Part shown: in pieces, positions 18,283 through 27,790 of the stretch | Position numbering within the stretch: position 1 is the first letter of the stretch | Layout: each line of letters opens with the position of its first letter | From: a phage | Direction: 5' to 3' (one strand) | DNA length: 64,000 nt | Sequence record: PX068454.1 | The notes under the pieces: generated by a model | What the model was told of the DNA's origin: nothing | Database searches by the model: none | What the model saw: the letters and a program-made list of their open reading frames with translations, nothing else | Translations under genes and position numbers: made by a program

Positions 18283-20028
18283 TTAACGTTGTGCAATTAC
18301 CACGTCTACGATATCACCAACACCGCAATACGTTAATTGCAGCAAGGTAACACTGTTAGCCTTGTTGTTAATAACAGGTGTTGCCGACAGGATAGCATAC
18401 TTATCGTGCAAAGTCACGTTGTGACCTACAGCATCCTGAATTACATAGATAACTGCAGTGAATGGATAAGGTTTATCTTCCGCTGATGTACCAGGCCATT
18501 GTCCTATTGTAAAATCCCCTTTCGCGTGGACAACATACATACTGGCCTGCCCGTTAGGTGTCCATGTCCCACTGGACGCGTCAACCTCCTCTAAATCAAA
18601 ATCTACCTTTCCTGCGTGGAAAGTAGGGGCAGTAATGGTTTTACCCGCCTCAATTTCTTGAGAGGTGGTTATCTTGCCACTGGAGTTAATGCCATTACAA
18701 ACAAAGTTGACATTGGAGAAGTCTGGCAGCCACCCAGTCACTGTGCCGGATATTTCAAGGTTGTGAAGGTGGGTGGTGCCCGTCCCTGCTGCGTTTAAAC
18801 TAACATCTCCATCTACCTGCAAGTTTCTGGTAACGTTGCAGTTTTCAGAGTTTGCAGTTGTTGCAGTTAAAGTAGTGGTTGTCAGCTCGGTAATTACACC
18901 TTTGTTGGCTGTAAGCCCTTCCCCTTCAAAAGTTGCACGCTCATTGACTCTTAGGGTATTCAGAGCTATGTTTTGGATAGAGGCTGTACCTCGAATAACT
19001 ACAGATCCGCCAACTTCTAAATCACCATTTATTAATGCGTCCCCCGTGCTTTCAATATAGCTAGGGTAAATCATGGTGCCATCGACAGAGTAGGTTATCC
19101 CTGTAACAGTACCTGTCACCTCAAGGTTCTTAACCCTGGTGGTCCCATCTACCTGCAATGTCGGTTCGGTTGCTGCCTTCATGGCATTACCACGAATGTA
19201 CACGTAGTCAAAAAAGTTATTACCTAGACCATCAAAATGCACATCGTTGTTATTAGCCACTGGTTTCCCAGAAGTTATAGTGTCAGCTATAACTCTGTGA
19301 GTTGATACTTCATGAGGTTGCAGCTCTGTGCTTCTCCAGTCTGCATGCTTAGGATCGCTCCACGCAAAAGTTAGTGTAGAAGTATTTGCCGTAAGGATTA
19401 GGTTCCTGAAGCGTGCAGTAGAATCTGCTCCATTAACAGGTCCGTGTAAGGTAAGGGTGCCCCCAACTATGGTGTTGGCAAGTTCTGTAAGACCTTTTAC
19501 CACCAAAGATCCTACAGTAACTTTCATCCCCTCCATGGCTTTAAATATGCTATCCACATAGTCAACAACAAACTCTGTGTTTGCTATAGATTCGGACTTA
19601 TCGTCCATTGGAGGTGTAGGTACTCTCGGGTCACCTTCGAACCTTGGACTGTTAAGTTTTGCGTAGTATTTTGCCATTACTGCAGAATCGGTATATAATC
19701 TCCAGTTCGGAGATTGTGAAGGATCTGCTGGCATCCTAACCGGGTTAGATTTTGATGCTGCTGGGGCGTACCACCACTGAGTGCCTGTATCCCCTTTAAA
19801 CTCGTACAACTGGTTAAAAACTGTTGTGGATGCACCATACGCCCAAGGGATTGGTGGCGTTTTAAAATAAAGGGTGTCAAGCATGGCTTTTCGTACCGTA
19901 GGGATAGTGGTCCCATCCTCTACGACAACTTCATCCACAGCGTTACCGTTGACAATCAAGTGCAAACGTTCAGAATCAACAATTACTTGATCTACCGCCT
20001 GCTCGAAGCTTGTCATGTCTTGCGCCAT
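18283..20028 (-). CDS. tail fibre / tailspike-like protein
   Basis: 581 aa, Gly/Thr/Asn-rich beta-type repeats (LEVTGTVTG, LEISGTVTG). Confidence 0.65.
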   Translation of the reverse strand: MAQDMTSFEQAVDQVIVDSERLHLIVNGNAVDEVVVEDGTTIPTVRKAMLDTLYFKTPPIPWAYGASTTVFNQLYEFKGDTGTQWWYAPAASKSNPVRMPADPSQSPNWRLYTDSAVMAKYYAKLNSPRFEGDPRVPTPPMDDKSESIANTEFVVDYVDSIFKAMEGMKVTVGSLVVKGLTELANTIVGGTLTLHGPVNGADSTARFRNLILTANTSTLTFAWSDPKHADWRSTELQPHEVSTHRVIADTITSGKPVANNNDVHFDGLGNNFFDYVYIRGNAMKAATEPTLQVDGTTRVKNLEVTGTVTGITYSVDGTMIYPSYIESTGDALINGDLEVGGSVVIRGTASIQNIALNTLRVNERATFEGEGLTANKGVITELTTTTLTATTANSENCNVTRNLQVDGDVSLNAAGTGTTHLHNLEISGTVTGWLPDFSNVNFVCNGINSSGKITTSQEIEAGKTITAPTFHAGKVDFDLEEVDASSGTWTPNGQASMYVVHAKGDFTIGQWPGTSAEDKPYPFTAVIYVIQDAVGHNVTLHDKYAILSATPVINNKANSVTLLQLTYCGVGDIVDVVIAQR

Positions 20029-20037
20029 GATTTCTCC

Positions 20038-20304
20038 TTAAGCTTTTTGCTCTTCGTTTTTAACGTGGTCAGGGTGCTGGCAACCCCACCGGAGCGAGAT
20101 GAATTTGCTAATAAGCTGGGGGCAAGCTACCGAAGGTGCGTATATCCACGCATACCATTCAGGAAGCGTATCATTATACCCCATATGAATAAACACCCCA
20201 GTCATCACTGCCATGCCTATGTTTGACCATAGCTTAGATTGGGACACTTTCGTAGGGTCATCAGATGCCGCAACCAACCCCCATAAAAACTGAGTTAATT
20301 TCAT
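20038..20304 (-). CDS. small hydrophobic protein (membrane or fibre-assembly candidate)
   Basis: 88-aa ORF with hydrophobic segment NIGMAVMTGVFIHMG. Confidence 0.45.
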   Translation of the reverse strand: MKLTQFLWGLVAASDDPTKVSQSKLWSNIGMAVMTGVFIHMGYNDTLPEWYAWIYAPSVACPQLISKFISLRWGCQHPDHVKNEEQKA

Positions 20305-20313
20305 TTACCCTCT

Positions 20314-21360
20314 TTAAGCATAAGATATCGTGATCCATTGACCGTTTACAAATTTTTGAATAGCACCAGTCCAATAGTCACCTTGATACGGGTGTTTATA
20401 GGCGTAATTGCCGGAGCACATTACATGCCCAGGGTATACTCTTGATTCTCTGTAGGTGGTTCTGAAACGGTTTGCTATCCTTACATCTTCAACACCCCTA
20501 CTAGGCATAGGGATAGTAAGGTTACCACTGCTATCTGCGCTACTACCATTTACCCTGCGGACCACGTTTCTCCCACCAACTGTTGCATATTGACCTCTGG
20601 CGGTTTTATCGTTACAATCTACTCTTCCACCTATTTGAGCGCTGCCGCAGGATTGTTGTCCATTAACAGTGGCTCTTGGTATCGTTACCGCATTGGCATT
20701 TGCAGAGGAGCTTTTTGCATCATTGCATTCAAGATTTCCTTGGATAGCCAGTCTTGCACGGTTGGCAGTTATAGCATTGAGCTTCATAGCCGAAAACACA
20801 GGCTGCCCACCAGAAGGTTGAAATCTCCAACGGAAACCGTCTATTTGGTGAGAAGGATCATCAAGGTCTGTGCCGTCAGCGCCACCGATGTTGTCCATAA
20901 TCCAGAAATCCATCATCGTCTTGTCTGGAGTTATGGTGGTGTATATCGCCGCATTGTCTGTTGACGCAGATGCAAACTCAATTCTTTGAAGACCTAAAGT
21001 TTGAGTCTGGATCATTGTGTCTCCAGTCTTGTCAACATAAAGGTCATCCATTTCTTCAGGCGAGTATACATTGAGGACTTTACGTGCAGCAGCTTTGTCT
21101 GGAACGTCTGCCAGATTATTAGTGACCCTTAAGAATCTATTGTCCCATCCGGGGACAACATCTTCTGTTAAATGCTTTAGCCACGCAGAGAGCATGTGGA
21201 GTTCAAAGTTAACAACTTCACATGCTATCCTTTGTGTCATATCCCAACCTTTCAATCTCTCTTCTTTGTTCGGTTGAGACTTGTTCAACTCTCCTGTATT
21301 TTCAAGCACAACATCCTGATTGGCCCAAATATCAAGAGGGATAACTGGTTTAGTCATCAC
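20314..21360 (-). CDS. tail fibre / receptor-binding protein, paralogue A
   Basis: 348 aa; shares N-terminus (PLxIWAxxD, KGWD) and C-terminus (VNGQWIT.SYA) with 22373..23413. Confidence 0.7.
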   Translation of the reverse strand: MMTKPVIPLDIWANQDVVLENTGELNKSQPNKEERLKGWDMTQRIACEVVNFELHMLSAWLKHLTEDVVPGWDNRFLRVTNNLADVPDKAAARKVLNVYSPEEMDDLYVDKTGDTMIQTQTLGLQRIEFASASTDNAAIYTTITPDKTMMDFWIMDNIGGADGTDLDDPSHQIDGFRWRFQPSGGQPVFSAMKLNAITANRARLAIQGNLECNDAKSSSANANAVTIPRATVNGQQSCGSAQIGGRVDCNDKTARGQYATVGGRNVVRRVNGSSADSSGNLTIPMPSRGVEDVRIANRFRTTYRESRVYPGHVMCSGNYAYKHPYQGDYWTGAIQKFVNGQWITISYA

Positions 21361-21447
21361 GTTCTCCTGAGAAAATTCCTTAAGGACTATTTTAACACTT
21401 TAGAGAACAAAATGCAAGAACGGCATCCTTGCCGTTCTGGCCTTTGT

Positions 21448-21762
21448 TTACCTTTTACTATGCTCTACAAGCATGTGTAAAATCTTTTGCACATCAGCTC
21501 TGATACCGGAGACATCTGTCCTGACATCTTGCTTAAGGTCGTTAATATCGGCCTCTAGCTTACTTAACCGGGTCTCGATAATGGAATCAAGTCTATCTTT
21601 TGTAACCATGCTATTTTTCACTAAAATGAGGTCTTTCTCCAGCTCATCCAACCTCTTGGAAATGCCTTTCCATTTGGTGTGCCACTGGTTGAAAGCCCAT
21701 ACACAGATCGGGACAACGGTACCCATGCAGATACCGTACAATGCCGCCAAATCCAACTCCAC
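21448..21762 (-). CDS. membrane-anchored coiled-coil protein
   Basis: 104 aa, N-terminal hydrophobic helix LYGICMGTVVPICVWAF then heptad-rich region. Confidence 0.5.
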   Translation of the reverse strand: MELDLAALYGICMGTVVPICVWAFNQWHTKWKGISKRLDELEKDLILVKNSMVTKDRLDSIIETRLSKLEADINDLKQDVRTDVSGIRADVQKILHMLVEHSKR

Positions 21763-21773
21763 AACACCTCCTC

Positions 21774-22358
21774 TTAGAGGGTAGGTCGTTCCGGGAAGAA
21801 AATGTCAGGGGCTTTAGATGTATCTATTTCAAGAAGTTTTACCCTGTACATTTTCAAATCTCTGATGTTGCGTTTTTGGTCATCAGTAAGATCGTATTCA
21901 AGGTCAATCATGTCTTGATAGGCACCAATTCTAGCAGTAGCCCAAGCAAGTTCTGTCTCTATGACACCCTCTGCCTGTTGAACAAAGAATTCATTGTCTG
22001 TGACAAATTCATCACCAACTAAACGCAAAGCGTCGTGGTGGAGCATAATGTTTTCTGGTACCTCTTCTTTTTTGGCGATAACCACACGAAGACCTGGAGC
22101 AGGCCACAAGGCATCAGGTTCTTCTGTAGATGTCTTAAGAATACCCTTCTCGTCAACAAGTAAGAAGATACAGCCTGGATTTTCTTGTCGCAGTGTTCGT
22201 GATTGCACATACCAATCGCCATCATCATTACGTAAAAAATATCCAGTGTATGCTGTGTAATCCTCAACCTCCTGAGGAGTCAGCTCCTTGGTCTCCTTGT
22301 TGGTGTAGTATTCGCCAGATCCCGGCTGGTAAAGTTTAAACTCTTGAAGTATTTTCAT
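21774..22358 (-). CDS. hypothetical protein between fibre paralogues
   Basis: 194-aa ORF. Confidence 0.55.
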   Translation of the reverse strand: MKILQEFKLYQPGSGEYYTNKETKELTPQEVEDYTAYTGYFLRNDDGDWYVQSRTLRQENPGCIFLLVDEKGILKTSTEEPDALWPAPGLRVVIAKKEEVPENIMLHHDALRLVGDEFVTDNEFFVQQAEGVIETELAWATARIGAYQDMIDLEYDLTDDQKRNIRDLKMYRVKLLEIDTSKAPDIFFPERPTL

Positions 22359-22372
22359 GCTAGTCCTCCGAT

Positions 22373-23413
22373 CTACGCATAATTAACAGTGATCCATTGA
22401 CCATTTACAAGTTTTTGTAAAGGTCCTGCCCAGTAGGTTGAACCACGCATCTCTTTTTTATCACCAAAATGCCAACCTGTGACAACGTAGCCGTTGCGAA
22501 CTGGAGATTCAGAAACACCATCAACAAGTCTTGCACCGATTCTGATATCCTGTACCCCTGTCTGCGGGATGGTGATCGTTACATCGCCGTTACCGTTAGC
22601 CGTCACTCCATTCACAGAGCGCACCACATTTCTGTTACCGACAACACAATGCTGGCTTCTTACAACCATACTGTCACAACTTGCGCCGCCATTAACATAT
22701 ACGGACCCAGCTGTCAACTGACTAGCCACATTACAGTTGGTGAATGTTGCTGTGCTGCTAATGGTAAGGTTGTTACACCGCATGTTATCGACAACTTCAA
22801 CATTACCTACCACTTTCAACAGCGCACGGTTAGCCGTGATCGCGTTCAGGTACATCAAAGTGAACTCTGGATTAATGTCTGGCTGAGTTGGCTGGAATCT
22901 CCAACGAAACGCATCTACTGTAGATGTGCCACCATCATCAAACGCCCCAGTGTTATCACTTAACCCAAAGTCGAGAGTTGTCTTATCTGGACCAATAGTT
23001 GTCTCTATCCAAGCCTTATCTGTCTCGGCAGCTTTAAAGTTGATACGCTGCAAACCTAAGGGGCCTGTCATTGTATCGCCTGTAACTTTTACATACCTGG
23101 CGTCTGCCTCTTCCTTAGTAATAATCCCAAGGTTTCTACGGGCAACAGGAATGTTCAAAAGATCGCTCAGGTTATTATCACGTACCAGATAACGGCCCTC
23201 TTGGGCAGGGATCTGCTCGTCAGCAATATATTTTGCCCAAGTCCCGAGCATATTGAAAATATAGTTAAGTTCTTCACATGACGGCTTTTGACCAAGATCC
23301 CAACCTTTTCTCCACAAATCATCAATCGGGCGTAGCCTGTTCTGTCTGTGGGTGTTAGGCAGAACCTGATCCTCCTCTGCCCAAATCTCTAATGGAAAAC
23401 TAGGTTTTGACAT
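22373..23413 (-). CDS. tail fibre / receptor-binding protein, paralogue B
   Basis: 346 aa; conserved ends with paralogue A, divergent centre. Confidence 0.7.
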   Translation of the reverse strand: MSKPSFPLEIWAEEDQVLPNTHRQNRLRPIDDLWRKGWDLGQKPSCEELNYIFNMLGTWAKYIADEQIPAQEGRYLVRDNNLSDLLNIPVARRNLGIITKEEADARYVKVTGDTMTGPLGLQRINFKAAETDKAWIETTIGPDKTTLDFGLSDNTGAFDDGGTSTVDAFRWRFQPTQPDINPEFTLMYLNAITANRALLKVVGNVEVVDNMRCNNLTISSTATFTNCNVASQLTAGSVYVNGGASCDSMVVRSQHCVVGNRNVVRSVNGVTANGNGDVTITIPQTGVQDIRIGARLVDGVSESPVRNGYVVTGWHFGDKKEMRGSTYWAGPLQKLVNGQWITVNYA

Positions 23414-23425
23414 TTTATCTCCTGA

Positions 23426-25498
23426 TTATGAGAAGTCTGGCGGAACAACATCTTCTACATACCCTTTCAGAGCAACCTGCCCCATATGCAGAACAGTAGA
23501 ATCTCTGGCGGTAACAGTGATGCTGTCAGACATTACTTGCGGGTATGCCCACACATACTGTTTTACCTCAGGGTATCTATACTCTATGGTTGCCATGTTT
23601 CCGCAAATACATCTCCATAAAAATTCTTGGTAATTCCTGGTTGGGTCGTAGCCATATACCGGAGCAAGCTCTTTGCTAGGAACGAACCCTGCAAGGTATT
23701 GTATTTCAGACGGTTTCCAACCTAACTTAACGATAGGTATGTTTACAGACTCTTTTGCCTTTTCAATACCTCCCTGCATCACCCAATCGTAGCACTCAGT
23801 GCAGAAGAAATCAAGAGCACCTGCTTCCTTTTTATATTGGTCAGCAAGGTTCAGTTTTTGCGTAAGCTCGGTTTCCATAATAGTGGGGAAAAACAGTAAA
23901 GCTGTCATCTGAGCTGATGCAGCGTGTGCTTTTATTGCCTTTGAAATAGCTGCAATACGAGCGCCAAGCTTACCACGACAAAATGCTACATACTTGTCAT
24001 AAACACCGCCAGTTTTAGGATCGTCAATAGTCCCAATGTCTAGTGCATATTCACCAGTCTCATCATAAAACGCCTGCTTTGTAGGGTAGTCATAAATACA
24101 AGGCTTACGAGTATCGGTATTGAACCACCACCACGGTTCACCAATCTGCATAATCACTGGCAGGTTGTTTCTCATAGCGGCTGATGCAAAATTCTTAAAT
24201 ACTGCAGTAAGGAAATTCATGCCCTCTTCAATGGTTGGAGACAGGAGGTAACTACAAGGCGTATAGCCTGTTTTAGCATAGTTATCGTTCCAGTCTCTCT
24301 GGGTCCATTCCAACGGACAGGCATCGCTATAAAGCTCAAAGCTTACAGACTGCATAACGTCGAAGTCATGCCGTTTGGCGTTGTACATAAAATCATCATG
24401 CCATTTATAAGCTGCAGCGTTTAGAGCTCCTGTTTTGTTTATAGACCATTGGGTTCCTGACCATGTGTAGTCATAATAATGGCTCATACCAACATAATGG
24501 TTTATGGTTCCTGTATAGCCCAGACGCTTGATATTACTCAACACCCTTAAAGGGGATACGTTCCACATATCGTCATATGCTGTGCAGATCCCAACATCGT
24601 GTTCTTTCACCTGAATATTGTTAAGTTGCATCATTTTCCAGCCTGTGTCCGGCTGAAGAAGATCTAGACGCAACTCACATTCTACATTTTCCGTTCTCGG
24701 GTCTGTACTATTACCTACCCAATCTTTAGGCATAAGTGGTATTAGAATCCTTCTCACCTGCCGAGGATCAACACCCATCATGTTGTTGTTCTGGTCCATC
24801 CCGACGCAGTCCTCGAAATCAATATGAATTTCTGCAACATTCTTATCCTCTGAGATGCTGACAGCATATTGAGCTAAAGGAACATAGATGATTGTACCAT
24901 CAACAAGGTCTACAGTCATAATCATCTTTTCAGGGGTGGAGAAGTTGCTGGCATTGGTTATTGACATTCTGAACCAAAGCTTGGTGTTTCTCATCTCGTA
25001 GTGATCATCAAATCCAATGCCGAAATGGTCATACTTGTCAACTGTTTCCCAAATGCACCCAGCCATGCCTCCATATGTTCTTGACACTAAACGGTTAATA
25101 CAGCAGTTATTATCCGCAACAATACAGGTGCTTTCAGTCTGCTGTGTGGTTGTAACCCAGTATCTTGGGTGAAACATTCTCTCCTCAACGGTATCCCAAG
25201 ATATTCTGTCAAGATTCTCATCTGAAACTATTGTACATTTCGCTCTTTGTGTTCCAATCATAACCCCTTGGGAGTTTGATGAAAACTCCATAAAGAAGCT
25301 TCTTGGCAACCTGTTTGGCAATTTGTCAACAATTTCTACAGGGATCTCAATACTGGTTGCCCCAACCGGGATAGTTACATCGCCCTCAACATGATCATAA
25401 TCCCTACCCGGAACTGCAGTATCCTGAACTGTGCGGTAATGAAACCGTGCAGCCATTGTAGAGTAATCACGGTAAGGTTTAAAAACAGCTGTTGCCAT
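23426..25498 (-). CDS. tail-associated protein with N-terminal Calx-beta-like domain
   Basis: 690 aa; DYDHVEGDVTIPVGATSIEIPVEIVD resembles Calx-beta motif. Confidence 0.65.
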   Translation of the reverse strand: MATAVFKPYRDYSTMAARFHYRTVQDTAVPGRDYDHVEGDVTIPVGATSIEIPVEIVDKLPNRLPRSFFMEFSSNSQGVMIGTQRAKCTIVSDENLDRISWDTVEERMFHPRYWVTTTQQTESTCIVADNNCCINRLVSRTYGGMAGCIWETVDKYDHFGIGFDDHYEMRNTKLWFRMSITNASNFSTPEKMIMTVDLVDGTIIYVPLAQYAVSISEDKNVAEIHIDFEDCVGMDQNNNMMGVDPRQVRRILIPLMPKDWVGNSTDPRTENVECELRLDLLQPDTGWKMMQLNNIQVKEHDVGICTAYDDMWNVSPLRVLSNIKRLGYTGTINHYVGMSHYYDYTWSGTQWSINKTGALNAAAYKWHDDFMYNAKRHDFDVMQSVSFELYSDACPLEWTQRDWNDNYAKTGYTPCSYLLSPTIEEGMNFLTAVFKNFASAAMRNNLPVIMQIGEPWWWFNTDTRKPCIYDYPTKQAFYDETGEYALDIGTIDDPKTGGVYDKYVAFCRGKLGARIAAISKAIKAHAASAQMTALLFFPTIMETELTQKLNLADQYKKEAGALDFFCTECYDWVMQGGIEKAKESVNIPIVKLGWKPSEIQYLAGFVPSKELAPVYGYDPTRNYQEFLWRCICGNMATIEYRYPEVKQYVWAYPQVMSDSITVTARDSTVLHMGQVALKGYVEDVVPPDFS

Positions 25499-26184
25499 TA
25501 ACCCTCCTGTCTAGTTGCGTTTACTGTAATACTTTCACAATAAATAGTTGTGGTATCCCAATCAGGTCTTACGTCAGGAACATATAACAAAGTAGCCAGC
25601 CCACCAACCCCGAACTGGTTTTCTTCCCACACTGATCCGAAGCCGAGAGCTGTAGAGTCTCCTTCAAAACCAAAAGCTTGCCCTTGCGACTCCGTAAGAC
25701 GCAAATGACAAGGCAATGGCAGCATATCTAAGATCTGGTCGATAGACTGCAATATGTCAAAGCAAGTTTTTCTAATGTTTATGTCAAACCTGAAATTGTC
25801 ACCTTTCCACGTATCGAAATTGTCTCTTCCGAACAATTGTCGCAAGGTGGAGATGACATCTTCGCGAGTCCCACCCCTTGATGCTGCTGCTTGCTGAATA
25901 ACCAGGGTAGCACGAAAATCCGCATCTGAAAGCCCATTCCGAAGAATACCGAGTTGATTACCAACTTCGTCAAGGTATCTCCCGCTGGCATTGTTAAGCA
26001 ATCTTCCTTCAGCCAAGCCTACCAGCATTTTATCAACATTCTCCAACCTTTTAAGGTACACGGTTAAGAATGTGACTAAATTAACCTTCTCAGCCAGAAA
26101 ATCTCCAGGCAGGTAATCAAGACCTCCCTGAACAAAATCTGGCAGAGTGTGGATGTGGTTGACATCCGACTTAATCTCTGCCAT
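25498..26184 (-). CDS. structural (baseplate or fibre-associated) protein
   Basis: 228-aa ORF, start overlaps upstream stop. Confidence 0.55.
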   Translation of the reverse strand: MAEIKSDVNHIHTLPDFVQGGLDYLPGDFLAEKVNLVTFLTVYLKRLENVDKMLVGLAEGRLLNNASGRYLDEVGNQLGILRNGLSDADFRATLVIQQAAASRGGTREDVISTLRQLFGRDNFDTWKGDNFRFDINIRKTCFDILQSIDQILDMLPLPCHLRLTESQGQAFGFEGDSTALGFGSVWEENQFGVGGLATLLYVPDVRPDWDTTTIYCESITVNATRQEG

Positions 26185-26195
26185 ATCTCACCGCC

Positions 26196-27686
26196 TTAAA
26201 TAGTTTGTTGGAAAGTTATATTACTTTCGTCTAGGTCAAACACCTCAGTCATGTTTGCAACAATATCGTTTGTAGTGTAAGCCTCATCAGAGGCTCCCAC
26301 AGGTTTGACTTGAATTACAAGTCTGTTAAATCTGCCTATTGACACAGCAGCCGATGCAGCACCAACCAATTGGATATTGTACAACGTATCTGCAACATCC
26401 AGTCCGTTAACAACCTGCAAAAGAGCCTCTACAATGGCATCTTTTTCGGTTGTGGAAAGCGCAGCACCTGAGTAGGTAATTCTTACATCTAGGCGGTAGG
26501 TATTTGCCTTGGAGTAATAAATCCTTTCAGTCTGACCGTCTGATGTGGTAATATCGTAGAAGATATTCCCATAAGTTCTGTTTGTGCAAGCTATGGTTTG
26601 ATACAGCGCCTGACAGATATCCTCTGTTGCACCACCAAACACCACCACTTGAAACTTATAAGGTGGTATACCTTTCGCATCCGTTTTATCGGTGTTGTTG
26701 GAGAACACTCTTACTTTCTCAACACCTTTCACCTCGCTTACAGCGCTAAGGATTGCAGGACGGGTAGCTTTAGATGTCAGCTGTTTAGTGCTGGAAGCTC
26801 TTAAGCGATACTCAGAGTCTTTCTCAACATCCCTACCCTCATTGAATCTTTCTCGGTTGGTAAGCTTGATAAATCCACTGGGAGTAGGTGACATTGTTGT
26901 CACGGTTTCTGCCTCTCTTGACAGCTCACCAGCCTCGTTAGCGATAACATCTAGGGTGATAGTTCTTTCACCTACAATCGGGGATACTCTGAAATCTACT
27001 CTGCTATTAAGCCCAACTTGATCAAGATTTGAATTGTATCCTATCCACAACGTTCCTGTCAACATATCTATCTGAATTAAATCGTCGTTCAACAGGGTTG
27101 TATTATCTACAATGAATTGCTTAATCTCTCCGTAAAAGCTTGGTAAATCAGAAGAGTCCAGAGACTTATCGGTTAAAACCAGACTTTTTGTTTTGATACT
27201 TCCATCTGTCTGGTTAGTAATTTGAAAGTTGTATTTACCGATTCTTAGGTCTGGAGCGTTTATTCTGTGAGCAATAAGATTTCCCGCCACCTGCACGTCA
27301 CTGCTAAGAACAAAGTTACCACTATCCAGCGTGTAGGTTTTGGAATCATAAATCATATTGTACGGCACAGTTGTGTTAATTGTCAACTGGCAAGTACCTG
27401 ATGATTTAGAACGGCCTCTTCGATAAATACCTTGCCTTCCAAGAAGTTCATCAAGGTAAATACCTTCTGCCCCATAAAGCGTCTGCGATGCGTATACAGA
27501 TGCTGCCATAAGAATAAGTTGATACTCTCGCTCGTTGAAGATAGTGGTCAGCTTATCTGCAACGGAGTTACTTTGTACGTTGAAGTTTTCGCCAAAAGCA
27601 CGGATCAGGCTTTGCTTAGTTTCAACGATTAGGTCATTTAGAGTTGGTATAACGAAACCAGCCTCTGTCAATCCATACTTAGCCAC
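26196..27686 (-). CDS. structural protein, possibly baseplate J-like
   Basis: 496-aa ORF; assignment by position and size only. Confidence 0.55.
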   Translation of the reverse strand: MAKYGLTEAGFVIPTLNDLIVETKQSLIRAFGENFNVQSNSVADKLTTIFNEREYQLILMAASVYASQTLYGAEGIYLDELLGRQGIYRRGRSKSSGTCQLTINTTVPYNMIYDSKTYTLDSGNFVLSSDVQVAGNLIAHRINAPDLRIGKYNFQITNQTDGSIKTKSLVLTDKSLDSSDLPSFYGEIKQFIVDNTTLLNDDLIQIDMLTGTLWIGYNSNLDQVGLNSRVDFRVSPIVGERTITLDVIANEAGELSREAETVTTMSPTPSGFIKLTNRERFNEGRDVEKDSEYRLRASSTKQLTSKATRPAILSAVSEVKGVEKVRVFSNNTDKTDAKGIPPYKFQVVVFGGATEDICQALYQTIACTNRTYGNIFYDITTSDGQTERIYYSKANTYRLDVRITYSGAALSTTEKDAIVEALLQVVNGLDVADTLYNIQLVGAASAAVSIGRFNRLVIQVKPVGASDEAYTTNDIVANMTEVFDLDESNITFQQTI

Positions 27687-27754
27687 GTCACTCCTCCGGT
27701 ATGAAAATCTCTACAAGGTATTTTACCAAATTTTGTAACAATAGTCAATCTGAG

Positions 27755-27782
27755 CATAAAAATAAACCCCGCCGAAGCGGGG
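27755..27782 (-). terminator. rho-independent terminator, UUCG-tetraloop hairpin
   Basis: CCCCGCCGAAGCGGGG then T-rich tract on minus strand, downstream of 27791 stop. Confidence 0.6.
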
Positions 27783-27790
27783 CTTTACTG

